A stretch of DNA of 64,000 nucleotides from Camelus dromedarius. Taxonomy: Eukaryota. The position numbers were made by a program, and so were the translations under genes. Positions 1 to 14,182 of the stretch are shown one piece after another. The notes below the pieces were generated by a model that saw only the letters and a list, made by a program, of their open reading frames with translations, made no database searches and had not been told where the DNA came from. The stretch lies in NCBI RefSeq assembly GCF_036321535.1, contig NC_087436.1, positions 60,390,001 to 60,454,000 on the forward strand. The letters are read 5' to 3'. The first letter of the stretch is position 1. Every line of letters begins with the position of its first letter.

Positions 1-769
1 CTATATGGATATACCAGAGTTTGCTTTACTATTCATCTATTGCAGGACAGGTGGGTGGAACCAAGTTTCGGCTGTTACAAATAAAGTTACTCTGAACATG
101 TGTGTACAACTTTGTGTATGGACGTATGCTTTCAATTTCAGCAAATCTGAAAAAATTTCCAGTTTCTGCTACAGGGAGAAACTAGTTTCACATTCAAGAT
201 AGGCAATATTTAAAAAATTGTGAGTTGTGATGAGTATGTGTTGGGGGTAATGAGTACTCTTTAACATGAGCAAAAGAGGTCTATGGATTGGTACAGGTCT
301 TTTCAAAGGCAATTTGATAGTAGTCTAGCTAAATAAAAATATAGGCTTATCCCTTGTTCCTGAAATTCTCCACAATTTGCTGAACTACTGGGAAAATGAC
401 TTACCCACTAGGTGCCTCTGTTCCTCATCAGTGTGAAGAGGCTGATAATACATGATATGTATCTTATACAGTTAATAGGTTATTCATAGCACTACAGTAA
501 TCAGTAAGTAAATTAATTTGTGGAAAACATTTGCCATACCCCAAACTTTTTCATTAGTATTTTTATGATAACTTACAGGAATCTATTCTTCAGAAATACT
601 TTGTCAAATGTGTAAGGGATGTATGTTTAAGGATGTTCACTACAATAATATTGTTATAATGAAACATTGGAGACAATCTCAATGACCTTCATAAGGGCTT
701 ATTACATAAATTACAGTACATCTGTAGGAGGTAACACAGAGAAAGGATGGATGTGAATGCTGGAGAAGA

Positions 770-975
770 AAGGCTGATTCTAAATCCTGCCTCAGTCCTT
801 ACTAGTTGTGAAGCTTGGTCCATTCCTTCATCACTGTCTCTGTTTCTTCAGCTATAAAATGATGGTAGTAATACCCACCTTATACAAGGTTTTGAAAGAA
901 ATCGATGAGACATTGTATATAAGTTGCTTAGAAGAGAATCAGGGCACAGTGAGCATCCCATAAATCGTAATATCA
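770..975 (+). mobile_element. MIR SINE
   Basis: aaatcctgcctc...cttactagttgtg...tctgtttcttcagctataaaatg core. Confidence 0.7.
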
Positions 976-1054
976 GCCTGGAATACTATGAACCTGTGAT
1001 AAGAATACGGTCAGGTCTGCTTGTGTTGCCATAGGAGACTCACTGGAGGAAAGT

Positions 1055-1330
1055 TTTATTTTTTCCCCTGTAGATACTGTAAGGTGGAGGCAGGTAAAAG
1101 ATGCACTTGTATATCATTAGACTTGGGTGTAAATGTTCAAATGTGTCAATTATTACTTTATTCTCTAATTACAGGAAGGGAACAATAGTTAGGCATATTT
1201 CAAGTTTCTATTTCAACTTCTTAATTGTGATTATGAATGAAAATGTTAGTATGTAAGATCGATCAACTCAACAGTAAAGAATAAAAATCAAAGTTTAGAA
1301 AAACACTTTCTTTGAGCAATTTAATTTATT
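1055..1330 (-). terminator. Candidate MMRN1 poly(A) signals: AATAAA on minus at 1330-1325, 1162-1157, 1060-1055
   Basis: tttatt hexamers on the plus strand 0.4-0.7 kb past the stop codon. Which one is used cannot be told from sequence. Confidence 0.55.
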
Positions 1331-1738
1331 TGAATTTGTGAATTTAGGAAACATGTTATATATTTACATACACATGGAATAACAAAAGCATTTTACTGGA
1401 AAACTACTGTGACTGACAATACTGAGTGAGTGTCACTTTATAATATTACTTTACATTGAAATGCCTTACGTGAGAAAACAAAAAAGGAATGCTAACAATC
1501 GCACCTTGTTTTCTATGCCACTAAGTCTCTTTAGGAGCAATAATTCCTTTATATATAGGTTGTCCAAAAGAAATTCAAATAAGTTTATGAAATAAACTTA
1601 ACAGCCTTCCTCAGATTAAAAAAGAAGTTGGTTTTAATTCATGTAGAAAAACCAAAAACAGAGCAGATGTGCATGCAAAGGAAAATAAAAACACAGGCTG
1701 CTTTTCAGTCAAGGTGACAGTCTGTCCTTCATACTAAT

Positions 1739-2160
1739 TTATGTACGGTATAACAAGTAACCACTAAATGTAGTAGCAGGGGGAAATTTGGCTGGAATCG
1801 TTCCTCTGACAAGTCGCAACCACACTTCCTGCCCATAATTTAATTCTAATAAGGCATCCCCAGTCACAACCCTATCACAGCGTATCTCACTGTTAATATT
1901 TTCAGACTCAAATGCAAGCTTGTCTACTCCATCAACCACTAAAAATCCAGAGATATGAGCACTGAATGACTCAATAGTATATTTGAAAACATACACCCCA
2001 AGATAGGGAATTCTGAATTTTCCAGTTCTTGGAGTGTAGGAAGCTCCATAATTGACATCCAAGTTGTTAAATAGGATAGGACCAGGTGTAGTCATTCCGT
2101 AAGTATGGGATGCAAAAAACGCCACCATCGGTGCGTATCTGTAAGAACCTTTTGAATAAT
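1739..2160 (-). CDS. MMRN1: MMRN1 exon 8 coding part (C1q globular domain)
   Basis: [19 protein letters not shown]...[14 protein letters not shown]...QEVWLRL...[11 protein letters not shown]; acceptor ttttttccactatcag|. Confidence 0.97.
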
Positions 2161-5100
2161 CTGATAGTGGAAAAAAGATAGAAAGGGTTAATTTTCATGT
2201 TTTGATATTGTTTTGTTTCTATCTTTATTATTTTCTGTCTTTATCACTTTATCTCAGTTAACAAAAAGGGTTAGCAGAGGAAAAAAGGTCATTCACTAGA
2301 TTTAACAAGGGCATAGGGGCCTGGATACCCGCCTTTTTTGTGTGTGTGACTTACCTGAAATTGCTTATCCTCTCTGGGACTCAGTTTCTCCACTTAGATC
2401 AAGATAGAATGATAGTAACACTTGATACCTCCCTCATAGAAATGCCTCAAAGATTAATTTGCATGTGGCTTTGATCTCTCCAGAGACAAAGGAATTCAAA
2501 GCACTCTGATGATTATGGTATGCCAGAATGTCTTAAAGCCTCTTGCAGGAATTAAAGCTGACATGACGTGGAAACAATTTTTCCAGCACCTTGTCAAACA
2601 AACAGTTTCTAGAGGCTAAAACGGAAACCGAATGAAATCATACGCACTACAGAGTAGACAAAAGCAATCTTCTATGTAATTAATGCCATATGTACTTACA
2701 AAGGCTGAGATTTCAGAACAGACTAAAGATTGTTCTTTATTATGCAACATATTAAGAAAAGCCTGATTTGAAATATGTTTTTTTGCCATCATTAAGGAGA
2801 ATATTTTAAGTGCTGCACACACTTTCTTGTATAGGAATCAGAAAAGGTACACTCTTGAAGTAAATCTATAGCAACCTATACTTATAAAAGTAAACGGACA
2901 AAAAGACACCTTGTTCTAATCAGTCCACCTGAGCATGTTCCGACAGTCCTCAGCCAGTCACAATGACACTATTAGCTTGACCTTCATAGAAGACATACTG
3001 CTATGCACTTATTAAAGCTTCATTGAAAGAATCAGATCTGATATGAATCAAAGATATATTCGTTAACAACTTATTTGAGGAGAAAAAGTTGGTATTACTT
3101 GGACATATATTTCTGTTTTTTTTGTTATGGACTGCCATTTACCTTTTTAAAAATTAAATTAAAATTTTTATTCAAGATAGTCAGTTTACCATGTGTCAGT
3201 TTCTAGTGTACAGCATGTTTCAGTCATACATATACATACATATATTCATTTTCATATTCTTTTTCATTATAGGTTACTATAAGATATCGAATATAGTTCC
3301 CTGTGCTATACAGTAGAAACTTGTTGTTTATCTGTTTTATATATAGTAGTTAGTATCTGCACATCCCGAACTCCTGATTTGTATATTCTTTTAAGAAGAT
3401 AAAGAGGGGGAGAAATTCATTAAACTGCCTGTATTATACCAATATTGAAAATTTCAATGAATATATATCAATATGACTACCTGAAAAAAAGATATTTCAT
3501 GTGTGTCTGTAAATCCTGTGTTATTAAGTTTCAGAAGTAAAAGGAATTCATCCTCAAGGGAGTCCACATTAAGCAGGTCTAAACATTCATTTGTAAATAT
3601 TTTCAAAAAATGTTTTTGTTTATAACATTGAGCAAATCCAAGGGGGCATGTACTTTCTCACCTGGAGCCAAAGCATTTTCTTCCACCACCTTGATGGTGC
3701 AGTTGTCACCAGTAAAAGGATGTCGACACGCGCAGACGACACTGATCCTTCCATTTATACACGTGCCCCCGTTCTGGCATGGGGACCTGCTACAGTCTGA
3801 ATACTCCTTTGTCACTGGAAAAGAATCACGACAAAAGAGGGTAAAAGTGATCTATTTTCCTATTGATCTCTAATCATAGTCTGCAGCAGAATGGGAAAAA
3901 CATTGAATTAGACATAAGGAAAATGTGTTTCCAGGCCCAGATTGCCTACCAATGTAGTTATGAGACTTGCATCCAAATTCCTTAACTCTCTGGGCTTATT
4001 CTGAAGACCTTTCCTGCTTCTTTGATGTGCAGATAATCCTGGGATCCATTGCATTTATTTGTGTTAAATATTAAGATTTTGGTCAATGTAGAATAGAATA
4101 TCTGGACACAAAATCATGTATATTTAGAACCAGTATATGATAAAGGTAATGTCTCAAATCATTGGAGGAAAAAAAAAATGTCTATTCAGTAAACAGTGCT
4201 AAGCTAATTAGACATCCATAAAAACAAATTCCACAGGTACAAAACTACTAAATGTGGGAAAAAATCATTGCATTACAATCAAATGAAAAGAATATCTTTG
4301 TTGATCTTTAAAATTTTGGAAATTTTTAAATTTTAAAATTTGTGTTCTAATGCAAAACAAAACAGACAAAACTCAGAAGTCATAAGAGAAAAATCCTCAC
4401 ATTTGACCAATTAAGAATTAAAATTTACTTGCAATGAAAGCCACTCATTACTGAATTTCAAAGATAAGTGACAGATGAAGAGGAAAGATTTTTTTTAACA
4501 GATTCAACAATCTAATGAATAATATTTGTAAAACATGTAAAGTTCTGATTAATCCAAAAGAAAAAGAAGGTAACTGTGTAAAAAAAAGTGAAAAATGGCA
4601 AATAATATGGGGTAGTAAATCAATGAACAAAAAATACAAAAACACTAAAATTCTCAAAACTTATTCAACCTGACTACTAATTAAGAAATGATAAATTACC
4701 ACCAACATTTTTATATCAGGTGGCAACATTTAAAAAGAAAATAGTCATGCAATATGAATGAAAACGGATATTTTCATACAATATTGGTTAGAGCTTATAT
4801 TATTGGAACCTTTGAAAAGGACGAATTGACTGTACATACCAGAATTTAAAAGGTTCATTTGTTTTAAGCCAGAAATTTCTCCTGGCAGAATATATATTCC
4901 AGACACACTTGCTCATGTATACATAGATAATTGTTCAAAAAAGTTCTTTATGACATCATTTGCATTAGTGAAAAATTGCAGGACACCTAAATGACCATTG
5001 ATGAGGGACTTGTTGAAGGAATTACAGTATTTTTTCACCAAGGACAGCGGTAGAAGAATGAAGTAGATCCCCAGTATGTTTGAGTTGCCACAGATGGCAA

Positions 5101-8100
5101 GTTTCAGTTCACGTATTAGATATAGAATAATTTCATTTATTTAGAAAGCCTCAATTTATGAATATTGTAAGCATAATATATAGTTATGTAAAGAGAGACA
5201 AAATGTTGGATGAACACTTACATTACTGGCCACAGTTTCCACTATGGTGCCACCTTGTGGAAATAATGTTAATTCACAATTGACTCATTTCAAATCATGG
5301 TCATTGTTGATTTTTAAATTTAGGCTTATTTGCTTTAATATTTATCTCAAGAAGTGAGATTTATAAATACTTTAAATACATTCTAATTCATATTTAAATA
5401 ATTCAAATTCACATAATATGTGACCAAACTGTGTGCTTGTATTAGAATCGAAAATGATTTTTTTGAACTATAGTTGATTTAATGTTATATTACTAGTTTC
5501 AGGTGTACAACAGTGATTCGATATTTTTTTAAATCATACTCCATTTAAAGTTTTGATAAAATATTGGCTATATACAGGGATGTGCTGTACATTACATCTT
5601 CGTATCTTATTTATTTTATACCTAGTAGTTTGTACCTCAATCCCCTTCCTCCACTTTGCCCCCCCCCACTACTAGTTAGTTCTCTGTATCTATGAGTCTG
5701 TTTTGTTTTATTTATCCATTTGGTTTATGTTTGCAAAGAAATATATATTACTATGCAATTAGAAATTGATTTAAATTCTCTGGATAAATTCTTTGCAAAA
5801 TTCTATAAACTATTTTCTTCATTAAGGTACACATAAAAATTATTATAGAAATGTAATATCTTTTAACAAATATTTCAAACCAGCCCACGTTTCTTTAACA
5901 TCATTTCTCAACCACTTGAATAGATTACGAAACGCTTCCTTTTGCTGTTCTCTGTCATTCTAAAACCTAGCTCATCCTTAATCTAATACTCTAACCCTTC
6001 TTCTTAGTTTCTCAAAGATTGAGTAGAGTTTGATGCTATGATATGTCATTGGCATGTTTTTCTAGGGACATGGAATTCTTTCCAGCAAACTTTCCACAAC
6101 TCCTCTCCTACCCTGGGCTTCAATAACCTCTTAAACTCCTTCCACTCCAGGTATTTTCTTTGATGAAAATCAGTGCAATTAGTTCTGCCAACTCAACATT
6201 CTACTATCTTGTGCAAATAGCATAACTAATCTTTTAATATTCATTTCCCTGCTCTGAACATGACTAAAATTCTTTTGCCACTGTCTTGGAATGTTTCCTA
6301 AGTCTCAATTTGTTCTGGTCTTTGCTTTCTGGATCCTAATATCTACTCGAGTTACATTTTCTATTAATCCTACTTCCATATTTCATAAATGCTCATGTTA
6401 AATTTGAACTGATTGAAGGGCTCCTTACATTTTCAAAGTGCACTGTCTTTGCCAGTATTTGCCATTCTTTATTTTAATTACTTGCTTAATGTGTGAAGTC
6501 CATGGGAAGAGGGTACCACTCTTCCCATTTACCACTCTGTCTACTCAGTCTTTCTCAGTCCTCATTCAACACTTACTCACTAGGTATTTGATGAATAAAA
6601 TGCAGGGGCACTTTATATTTCTGCCTTCTGCTTTTATTTCTATTTTTATTTATAGTATACACAACACGTTATATATCATATGTTTTACATAATAGAATAT
6701 TTTACTTTTATTTATTATTTAAATTGTTGTTTTATTTCATTTTTAATGCTTAGTTCTACTTTAGCATCAAGATTTTATTTTATTTTTTATTTCTTCATTT
6801 AAAAGATAACATTGCAGAGAGCAGAAAACTCTGATCCCTGCTTAGGGCAGAATGGAGTTTCCAACAGATTAGGGAGGGGACCTATCACTTTCTCTGAGCG
6901 AGTTTTGTCACAAATAGAGGAAAGTACTGTACAAATCCACCACATAACTCTGCTCTAGATACTATGTCCACACAACATTGTAACTTTTCTTTATCTTTCC
7001 TCCTGATTTCGGTGCTCTCTAACATGTTTTCACCCTCATACCAATGAATACATCAATTTTCAGTGCTATTCTGTTGCATCATTTATCTGACTTATTTCTA
7101 TCAAATAAAGCTTATCCTTCCATTGCTCTAAAAATACTTCATGCACCTCTTTCTAACAACTTCTAGAAATGTGCATAGTTGTTTATATTTAATTTTCAAA
7201 TCCATTGTTCTATTCACTCCTATTCTGTTCGTTGGTGTATAGTTGGATGGAAATATTGTTTCCAACTATCTTTACTACTTTTCCTTCAAATTATCAGGGT
7301 TTTTTTTTATTCTTTTTATATCACATCTATTTTTCTTGATATTGTTTCTGAGGTCTTTTTTCTCAACCCTTCAAGTGTAACTTAAAGCACATTTAATCAT
7401 ATCAGCAATCTTTATCAGATGCATTGGCCCTGTCCCAGATGATCTATTCTAACCCTTGTCATTAAGCTATTTTCATTCATCTTAAGCCATGACCCGGGAC
7501 ATTTAATGTTTTTTACTTGGTATTGTCATCTGTTTTTGCCTTTTTCTTTAGAGTCATAATCTTAAATCAAAAGGAGTATTAAAGAATGGCAAATACGCTG
7601 AAATATGCTCAATAACATTAGTCATTAGGAAAATGCAAAATAAAATCACAATTAGATACAATAATATACCACACAAGTGGTAAAACAAACAATATTAACA
7701 AGTGCTGGCAAGACTGCGGAGCAATGAGAATTCTCATACATTACTAGTAGTGGAAATGGAAAATGACTGGCCAGTCCTTCTGAAGTTCAACTGTACTTAT
7801 CATACAACCAAACTATGCTATTGCTGCGTATTAACTCAAGAGAAATGAAAAGTTTCCATACACAAAAACCTGTAAGTAAATGTTTGTAGCAGCTTTATTC
7901 ATAATCAAGGCAAACTGGAAACCACCAAAATATCCTTCAACTGGTAAATGGATTAAAAAACTGTAGTACATCCAAAGGATGGACTGCTACACAGTAATGA
8001 AAAATAATACATGCAACAATGTGGATGAATCTATGGATGAATCTCAAACATGGTTGCCAGTGACCAGGAGAGGAGGGAGGATTTGACTACAAAGGTACAA

Positions 8101-11100
8101 AAAGGAATTTTGGGGGGTGATGGAGATGTTCTCTATCTTGATTGTTGTGGTAATTACATGACTATACATTTGTCAAGAATCATCGACTGCACATCCATAA
8201 TAGTGGATTTAACTGAATGTAAAGTATACCATAAACAAACATCTCCCCAACATTTTTACTTCTATTATTTTGTTTGCACAAGTCCTCCTTTCCTTCTATA
8301 CCACTATGTCTTTTTTTTTTTTCTTAAAGACTTTGAGTTCATAGACACATGCACTTTCCTGGTTCTGATCACACTTCTTCTTTTCTGTCTCTCTTTCTTC
8401 TGCTCTCTTCAAATATAGGAAATCTCCATGCCTCTGTCTTCAGTTCTCTTCTTTTTCTCTAGCTACCTAATTTACTTCTGTGCCCTCAAATATCATCTCC
8501 GTGCAAATAATTCCCAATTTTTATCTACAAACCCTCTTCTGGTTCCAGACCCAGATTGCTAACTGACTTTTAGACATTTCCATAGAGATAAGAGCTCTTT
8601 TATGTATCACAGACTAAACTTCCCTTCCTGTGTTCATCTGCACTTCCTCCTTAACCTTCCAATTTCCCTTAATGGAATGACCAATTTCCCATCACTGATG
8701 CTTTTTTTAACTTTGGTGTTATTCATTATTCTAAGAGTTTGTATTTTCAATTAGCTGTTTTCTACAAAATATATATTCACATTTAACTACGATTCCCAGC
8801 TTCTATTTCATTCCTGTCTCTATCACCTATTTGAGGTCTTAATCTATTCATGCAAGGGCTGCTGTAATGATTTTCCAACTGATCTGTTAAAGAACTCAGA
8901 ATAAATCTTAATAATGCACTTATGTGATTATGTCCTACTCCTGCTCAAAAATCTTTAATTGTTTCCAACAGAATGGATTTAAACATATTACACTCAATAC
9001 AGGGAGTGAATGGCTGATTGAATGAATGCTCAGCCCAAATCTACCTCTTCCAAGAAATTTGCCCAAACATCCAGTTCTTATCAAGACACCAAACTCTTGT
9101 GATAATGAGTCCCTATAATACTCATTTAAGTGCTTAGTATATGGTGTGGCATGTTTTCTTTTCTTTCACATTCAGAATAACTTTATAACAATATAGTGTT
9201 CAAAAGCACATGGAAAAGCATTTTAAAACATAAAAACCCAACAGCCGTAAAACCAACAACCACTAAATATCACGTTACTCATCTGGGTACATCTTCCACT
9301 GTCAACTTTTGTTACAACAAAGTTACAAAGTTTCTGAGCCAGGGCCTTGCTTTCTATTCCTTTCTATTCCCCGTTTCCTGCAGAGTTCACTATTTTTCCA
9401 AAAACTGAAGCTGATCCTATCATCTTATTTAATAGTACTGCACTCTGCTCCCAACGCACCCCAGCACATCCCACAATTCTCTGATTCCCTACCTTTCTCT
9501 GCTTTTTCTTTTATGCATAATATTTGTCACTTTTTAACATATATAATTTATATCTTATCATGTTTTTTCCCTCTATCTCCAATAGTGTAAATTCCAGAAA
9601 GACAGAAATTTTTAAAAAAAGTTATGATATATCCAAAGCATGTATAACAGTACCTGATTTTATTTGGCACTTAATTAATATTTGTTGAATTGAACAGTTA
9701 TGAATTATCACTATTTTCAAGTAATAGCAATAACTCTAAAGACAGTTAACAATCCTAAGAGAAAAACTGCTTAAGTGAGATTAAGCACAGTATTTTGAGT
9801 TAATATGGCACTGAATATTAAAAATTACCTTGCACTTGTATCTTTAATCTAGGAAGGTATTTTCAAAACATTTTCTTGAGATAGATCTGTAGTTTGACAT
9901 TTTCAAGCAAACTTCTTGGTTTATAATAAAGTCACTGAGTTTAGGTTCTGTTTGAAAGGTCGTGTGATGTCTCCTCATTATTACTCACATAATTATTGGA
10001 CTGTCTGAGTATTTTTCATAACTTCTAATTTAGTCTGGCGGTACTGAAAAATAACAGTCAGAGGCTGACGTCCACATAAGGTGTGTTCATCCCACGACCT
10101 CTTTGTTTCTTCTCAATGTTCTCACCCAACTTCTCTCCCTCCCAACTGCCCTTGGAGAGGCTGCCCCCCGACTCTCTCCCATCTCTGGTCTCCCCACAAC
10201 ACACATATATTATCCCGACTTATGTCCCCCAAACCCAGAGTTTCAAAACACCATCCTTGTGCTGATGCCTGTCCGATCTAAGTAGCCATGAAAGTTTGTA
10301 AATTTAACACTGGCTAAAGATGATAAGACCTAGAAAAGAGTTCTTAAAGGAGTGGTGATTAGCCATAAAAAAAAAAAAAATTGGTTTCCTTTTTTGTAAA
10401 AGGTCAGTATGTATTCTGGTTCCTATAAGACCTTGACACAATGACAAGCAGTAACTTTTTTTACTGACTTCTTTTTTTCTCCAAACACTGTGTAACAGTT
10501 TTACCAGTAATTTGTTTTAGCAGTAAACAGACTTGAGTTTAGATTGAGCAATGAGGTTATCAATGAAGTGTCATGTGATATTTTCCCCAAAAACAATGAT
10601 ATTTAAAATAAACAGCTCTGGTGTGTGCCCGGCTAGCTCAGTCGGTAGAGCGTGAGACTCTTAAAATAAACAACTCTGAGTAATTCCAGTTAAATTTATA
10701 ATAAAATACTTATTATTTCTTTTCAGATCCACTTTGAAGCTGTGCATAGTAAAACTGGCAATTAAGAACTTTTAAAGTATGTGTTTCAAATTTCATATGC
10801 AGTTAATATACAGCAGGGCTATTTCTTCATGCTGCAATATTTTTGTCAAGATGCAAGTATCATCTCCACTCAGACTGCTGTGCAACAAGCTTACAATTGG
10901 TGACTTAATAATCCAAACACCCCCTTTTTTGTGTTGGACAATCAATATGGCACAAAACAATACTATCACATGAAAATTTGAGTTTATAGTGTTAAGGACC
11001 AGTGGAAAGACTTCTTTTCATTGTATTTAATTATAGACCTGTTAATTATCAAATTTGGTTTCAAGTCTTTGGTGTTAAAGAAACAGTCTATTGTTGAGAA

Positions 11101-14100
11101 ATAGCTCCTGTGATTCTTGTTAGGAAACAAATCCAGATCTATGCAGTGACTATGTAAATGGCACCTGGTATCCTTGTCCCATTTCCTTTTTATTGTCAGA
11201 CCATGCATTATAAATTTTGGTTCAGATGTGAGCATCAAACACATGGGTTTCTGACAGTTCACCTTAGAGATCATGGTCACTCTATTGCAAGACATGGTGC
11301 AGGAAAGGATTGTCAATTTTTTAAGCATCCTCTCCTTAACTGTCATCTTTCCGTACAAAGGGGAATCCTCTGGAAAGCTACTGGAGTCTTTTCTTCTGCC
11401 AATGAACAATGAACAACAACTAGTTCATTTAATATTCTCTTCAACACTGATATGTTTTATTGACACAAACTGGGGAGGCTATCCCAGAAGATAGTCTAGC
11501 TAACCAACCCTGACACAAAGAATATCTTTAAGATCATGAGCAGAAAAGAGTCATCATAGCCAGCCTGAGACTGCTACTTTTAGAAAGGCCAGACTGCTAG
11601 GATTTGCCCTTAGTCTATACCTGGGAACTTGGCTTCTCTCCATTCTCTAACTAAAAAGTGTCATTTGCTGTGCCCTGACTCTTTGTATAAACAATATGGT
11701 TTATGCTGAACTGAACTTTTGCTTTTCTCCGAGAGTACGGAGTTTGGGTAGGTGCTAGGCAGAGGATGCTTATATGACCAGTCCTGTTATGGACCGAATG
11801 CTTGTGTCCCCTACAAATCCATATGTTGAAATCCTAACTCCCAGAGGAGGGTGTAGTTCAGTGGTAGAGTGCCTGCTTGGGTTCAAACCCCAGTACCTCC
11901 TCCAAATGTAAATAAATAAATAAATCGAATTACCTCCCCCTCATAAAACAAACAAACAGAAACAAGTAATAATAAATAAATAAGTAAATAGACCTAATCA
12001 CCACCCTGTGCACACACACACACAAAATTTCTTTTTAAAAAAAGAAACCCTCACTCCCAATGTGATGGTATTAGGAGGTGAAGCCTTGGGGAGGTATTTA
12101 GGTCATGAGGGTGGAGCCTTCATGAGCAGGATTAGTGCCCTTTTGAAAGGGACTCCAGAGAGCTCCCCAGCTCCTTCCCTTATGCCCCATGAGAACAAAA
12201 CAAGAAGATGATAGTCTCAAATCCAGAAGACAGCTCTCACCAGAACCTGAACATGCCTGCCTGATCTCAGACTTCAAGCTTCCATAACTGTGAGAAGAAA
12301 ATTTCTGTTCTTTATAAGCCACCTTATCTTTGGTACTTTGTTATAGCAGTGTGAGTCTGTTTCTGTTTTGGAAATAAGTTCATTTGTAGCATTTTTTTAG
12401 ATTCCACATTAGTGATAATATTTATCTTTCTCTCATGTACTTCACTTAGTATGATAATTTGAAAAAACTCTTATTAAAACTTCTTGCAGATTTTTTTTAG
12501 TGCTTGTCAATGCACATGCATTTGTATACAGTTAAGCCTTTATATTTTTTATCCTGTCATTTTTGATTTAGCATTTTGTGATAAGCATAAGCTCATTTAT
12601 GAACATGTGTTGAGTCTAAAACACAGTGACTTATAAAAGCAAAGATAGAAAAATAGAATAATATGAGCATTTAAATTATGTTGATACATGGAAATAGATA
12701 TCAACTATTAATTGAAAATGTTATAGAATATAAAATATAAACATTGAATATAGCTAAGAAAATTATATAATCACATCTACCTTAATAATATACTGTATGC
12801 AAGTTATTTCTTTGATCCTCAAAATAAACTTTGTAAGGTTGATATGTTATTCTTGTTTTATAAATGTGGACAATATGTTTCAGAAAAATAAACAACTTAT
12901 TACAAATAAATACATTGGTAGACAGGACTTAAACCTTAATTACCTGATTTCAAATCCAGTCCTTCTTAATAATCACAGCAGCCTCTATGCGGAGTCACAA
13001 AATTTAGAAATGGTTTTAAAGTGGTATAAACCAGCTAAGTATCCACTAAGTTCTTATTTTTCTCTTTAAAACTGTTTAAATTCACAGCAATGATAATTTA
13101 AAAAGATGTGTTTGGTAAGCTACCACACCCTTTACAGAATGTAATTTTTCTTATGAAGAGTAGTTAAAGTGATAGTTGTAAATAAAAGAGATTTATTAAG
13201 GAGAGCTAAGTATATCTCGTAAATACTAGAGAAATGGTTAAAATAAAAAGTCAACAGCCTCACACACAGGAGGCGCACATCCTCGGCAAAGCTGCTGCTG
13301 ACACTATTAGAAGAAGATCCATCTCCTCTTGGAAGGCAAGCAGCCAAACTTTCTCTGCAGGGACAAATCTGCCAATTGCTGTATAAACAAATCTTCAAAG
13401 ATGAAATAAAACCCTCTTGGTGTCTACTGGACTATTGTTTAGAAACAAATCAAATAATTTGTGATTCAATCAGAACGTTTTGTCCCATTGGCCTAGGAAG
13501 AATAGTAATTAGCATAACTGGATGTGGGAATGGCTCTGAAGAAAGTGAAAGGGATGAGGATTCTGAATTTTACCTCCTACATCAGCTTGAAGATCTTATG
13601 AATAACCACTGGTGACTTTCAATGACACCTGCCCACTGGCTGTATCACAGAAAAGCTAAACTGAAAAATAGCAGCTTTACGTCCTTCTTATTAGTGCAGA
13701 AACAAGTGGCAGAATTTGGATCCTCAAGAAAGCAAACTCCCTGGGAGTATCAGCTCTGGCCATGTGGAATATTTGCAGATGGCCAGACTCTGAGATTGTT
13801 ATGATGCAGGGAACACAAGCAGAAGGAAGAGAAAAGCAGGTGAACACACTTCACAGTCTACTTGAGTGCAGCGGATGAGCTGAGCCCTGAGTTCAACAGA
13901 CCAGGAGTCAGCCTCCATCACTTGCATGTTGCATGACCTCAGGCAGCATATCTTAGTTTATCTCTTCAAGGTTTAGTTTACACATCTTCAATATAAGAAT
14001 AATGATAGTGATCTCATAGGTATTAAGAGAATTGCATATGCAGTATAATTTGTGCAGTGCCTGGGGTATAGTGTTAACAAATGGTATCTAGCAGTATATT

Positions 14101-14101
14101 A

Positions 14102-14182
<81 letters not shown>

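Noticed and set aside
10627..10664. Functional tRNA-Lys gene
   Set aside because: Only the 5' half is present; no T arm, B box or acceptor 3' strand.
10984..11494. Overlapping ORFs on both strands (141, 84 and 73 aa) in intron 6
   Set aside because: No recognisable domain or splice context; compatible with chance.
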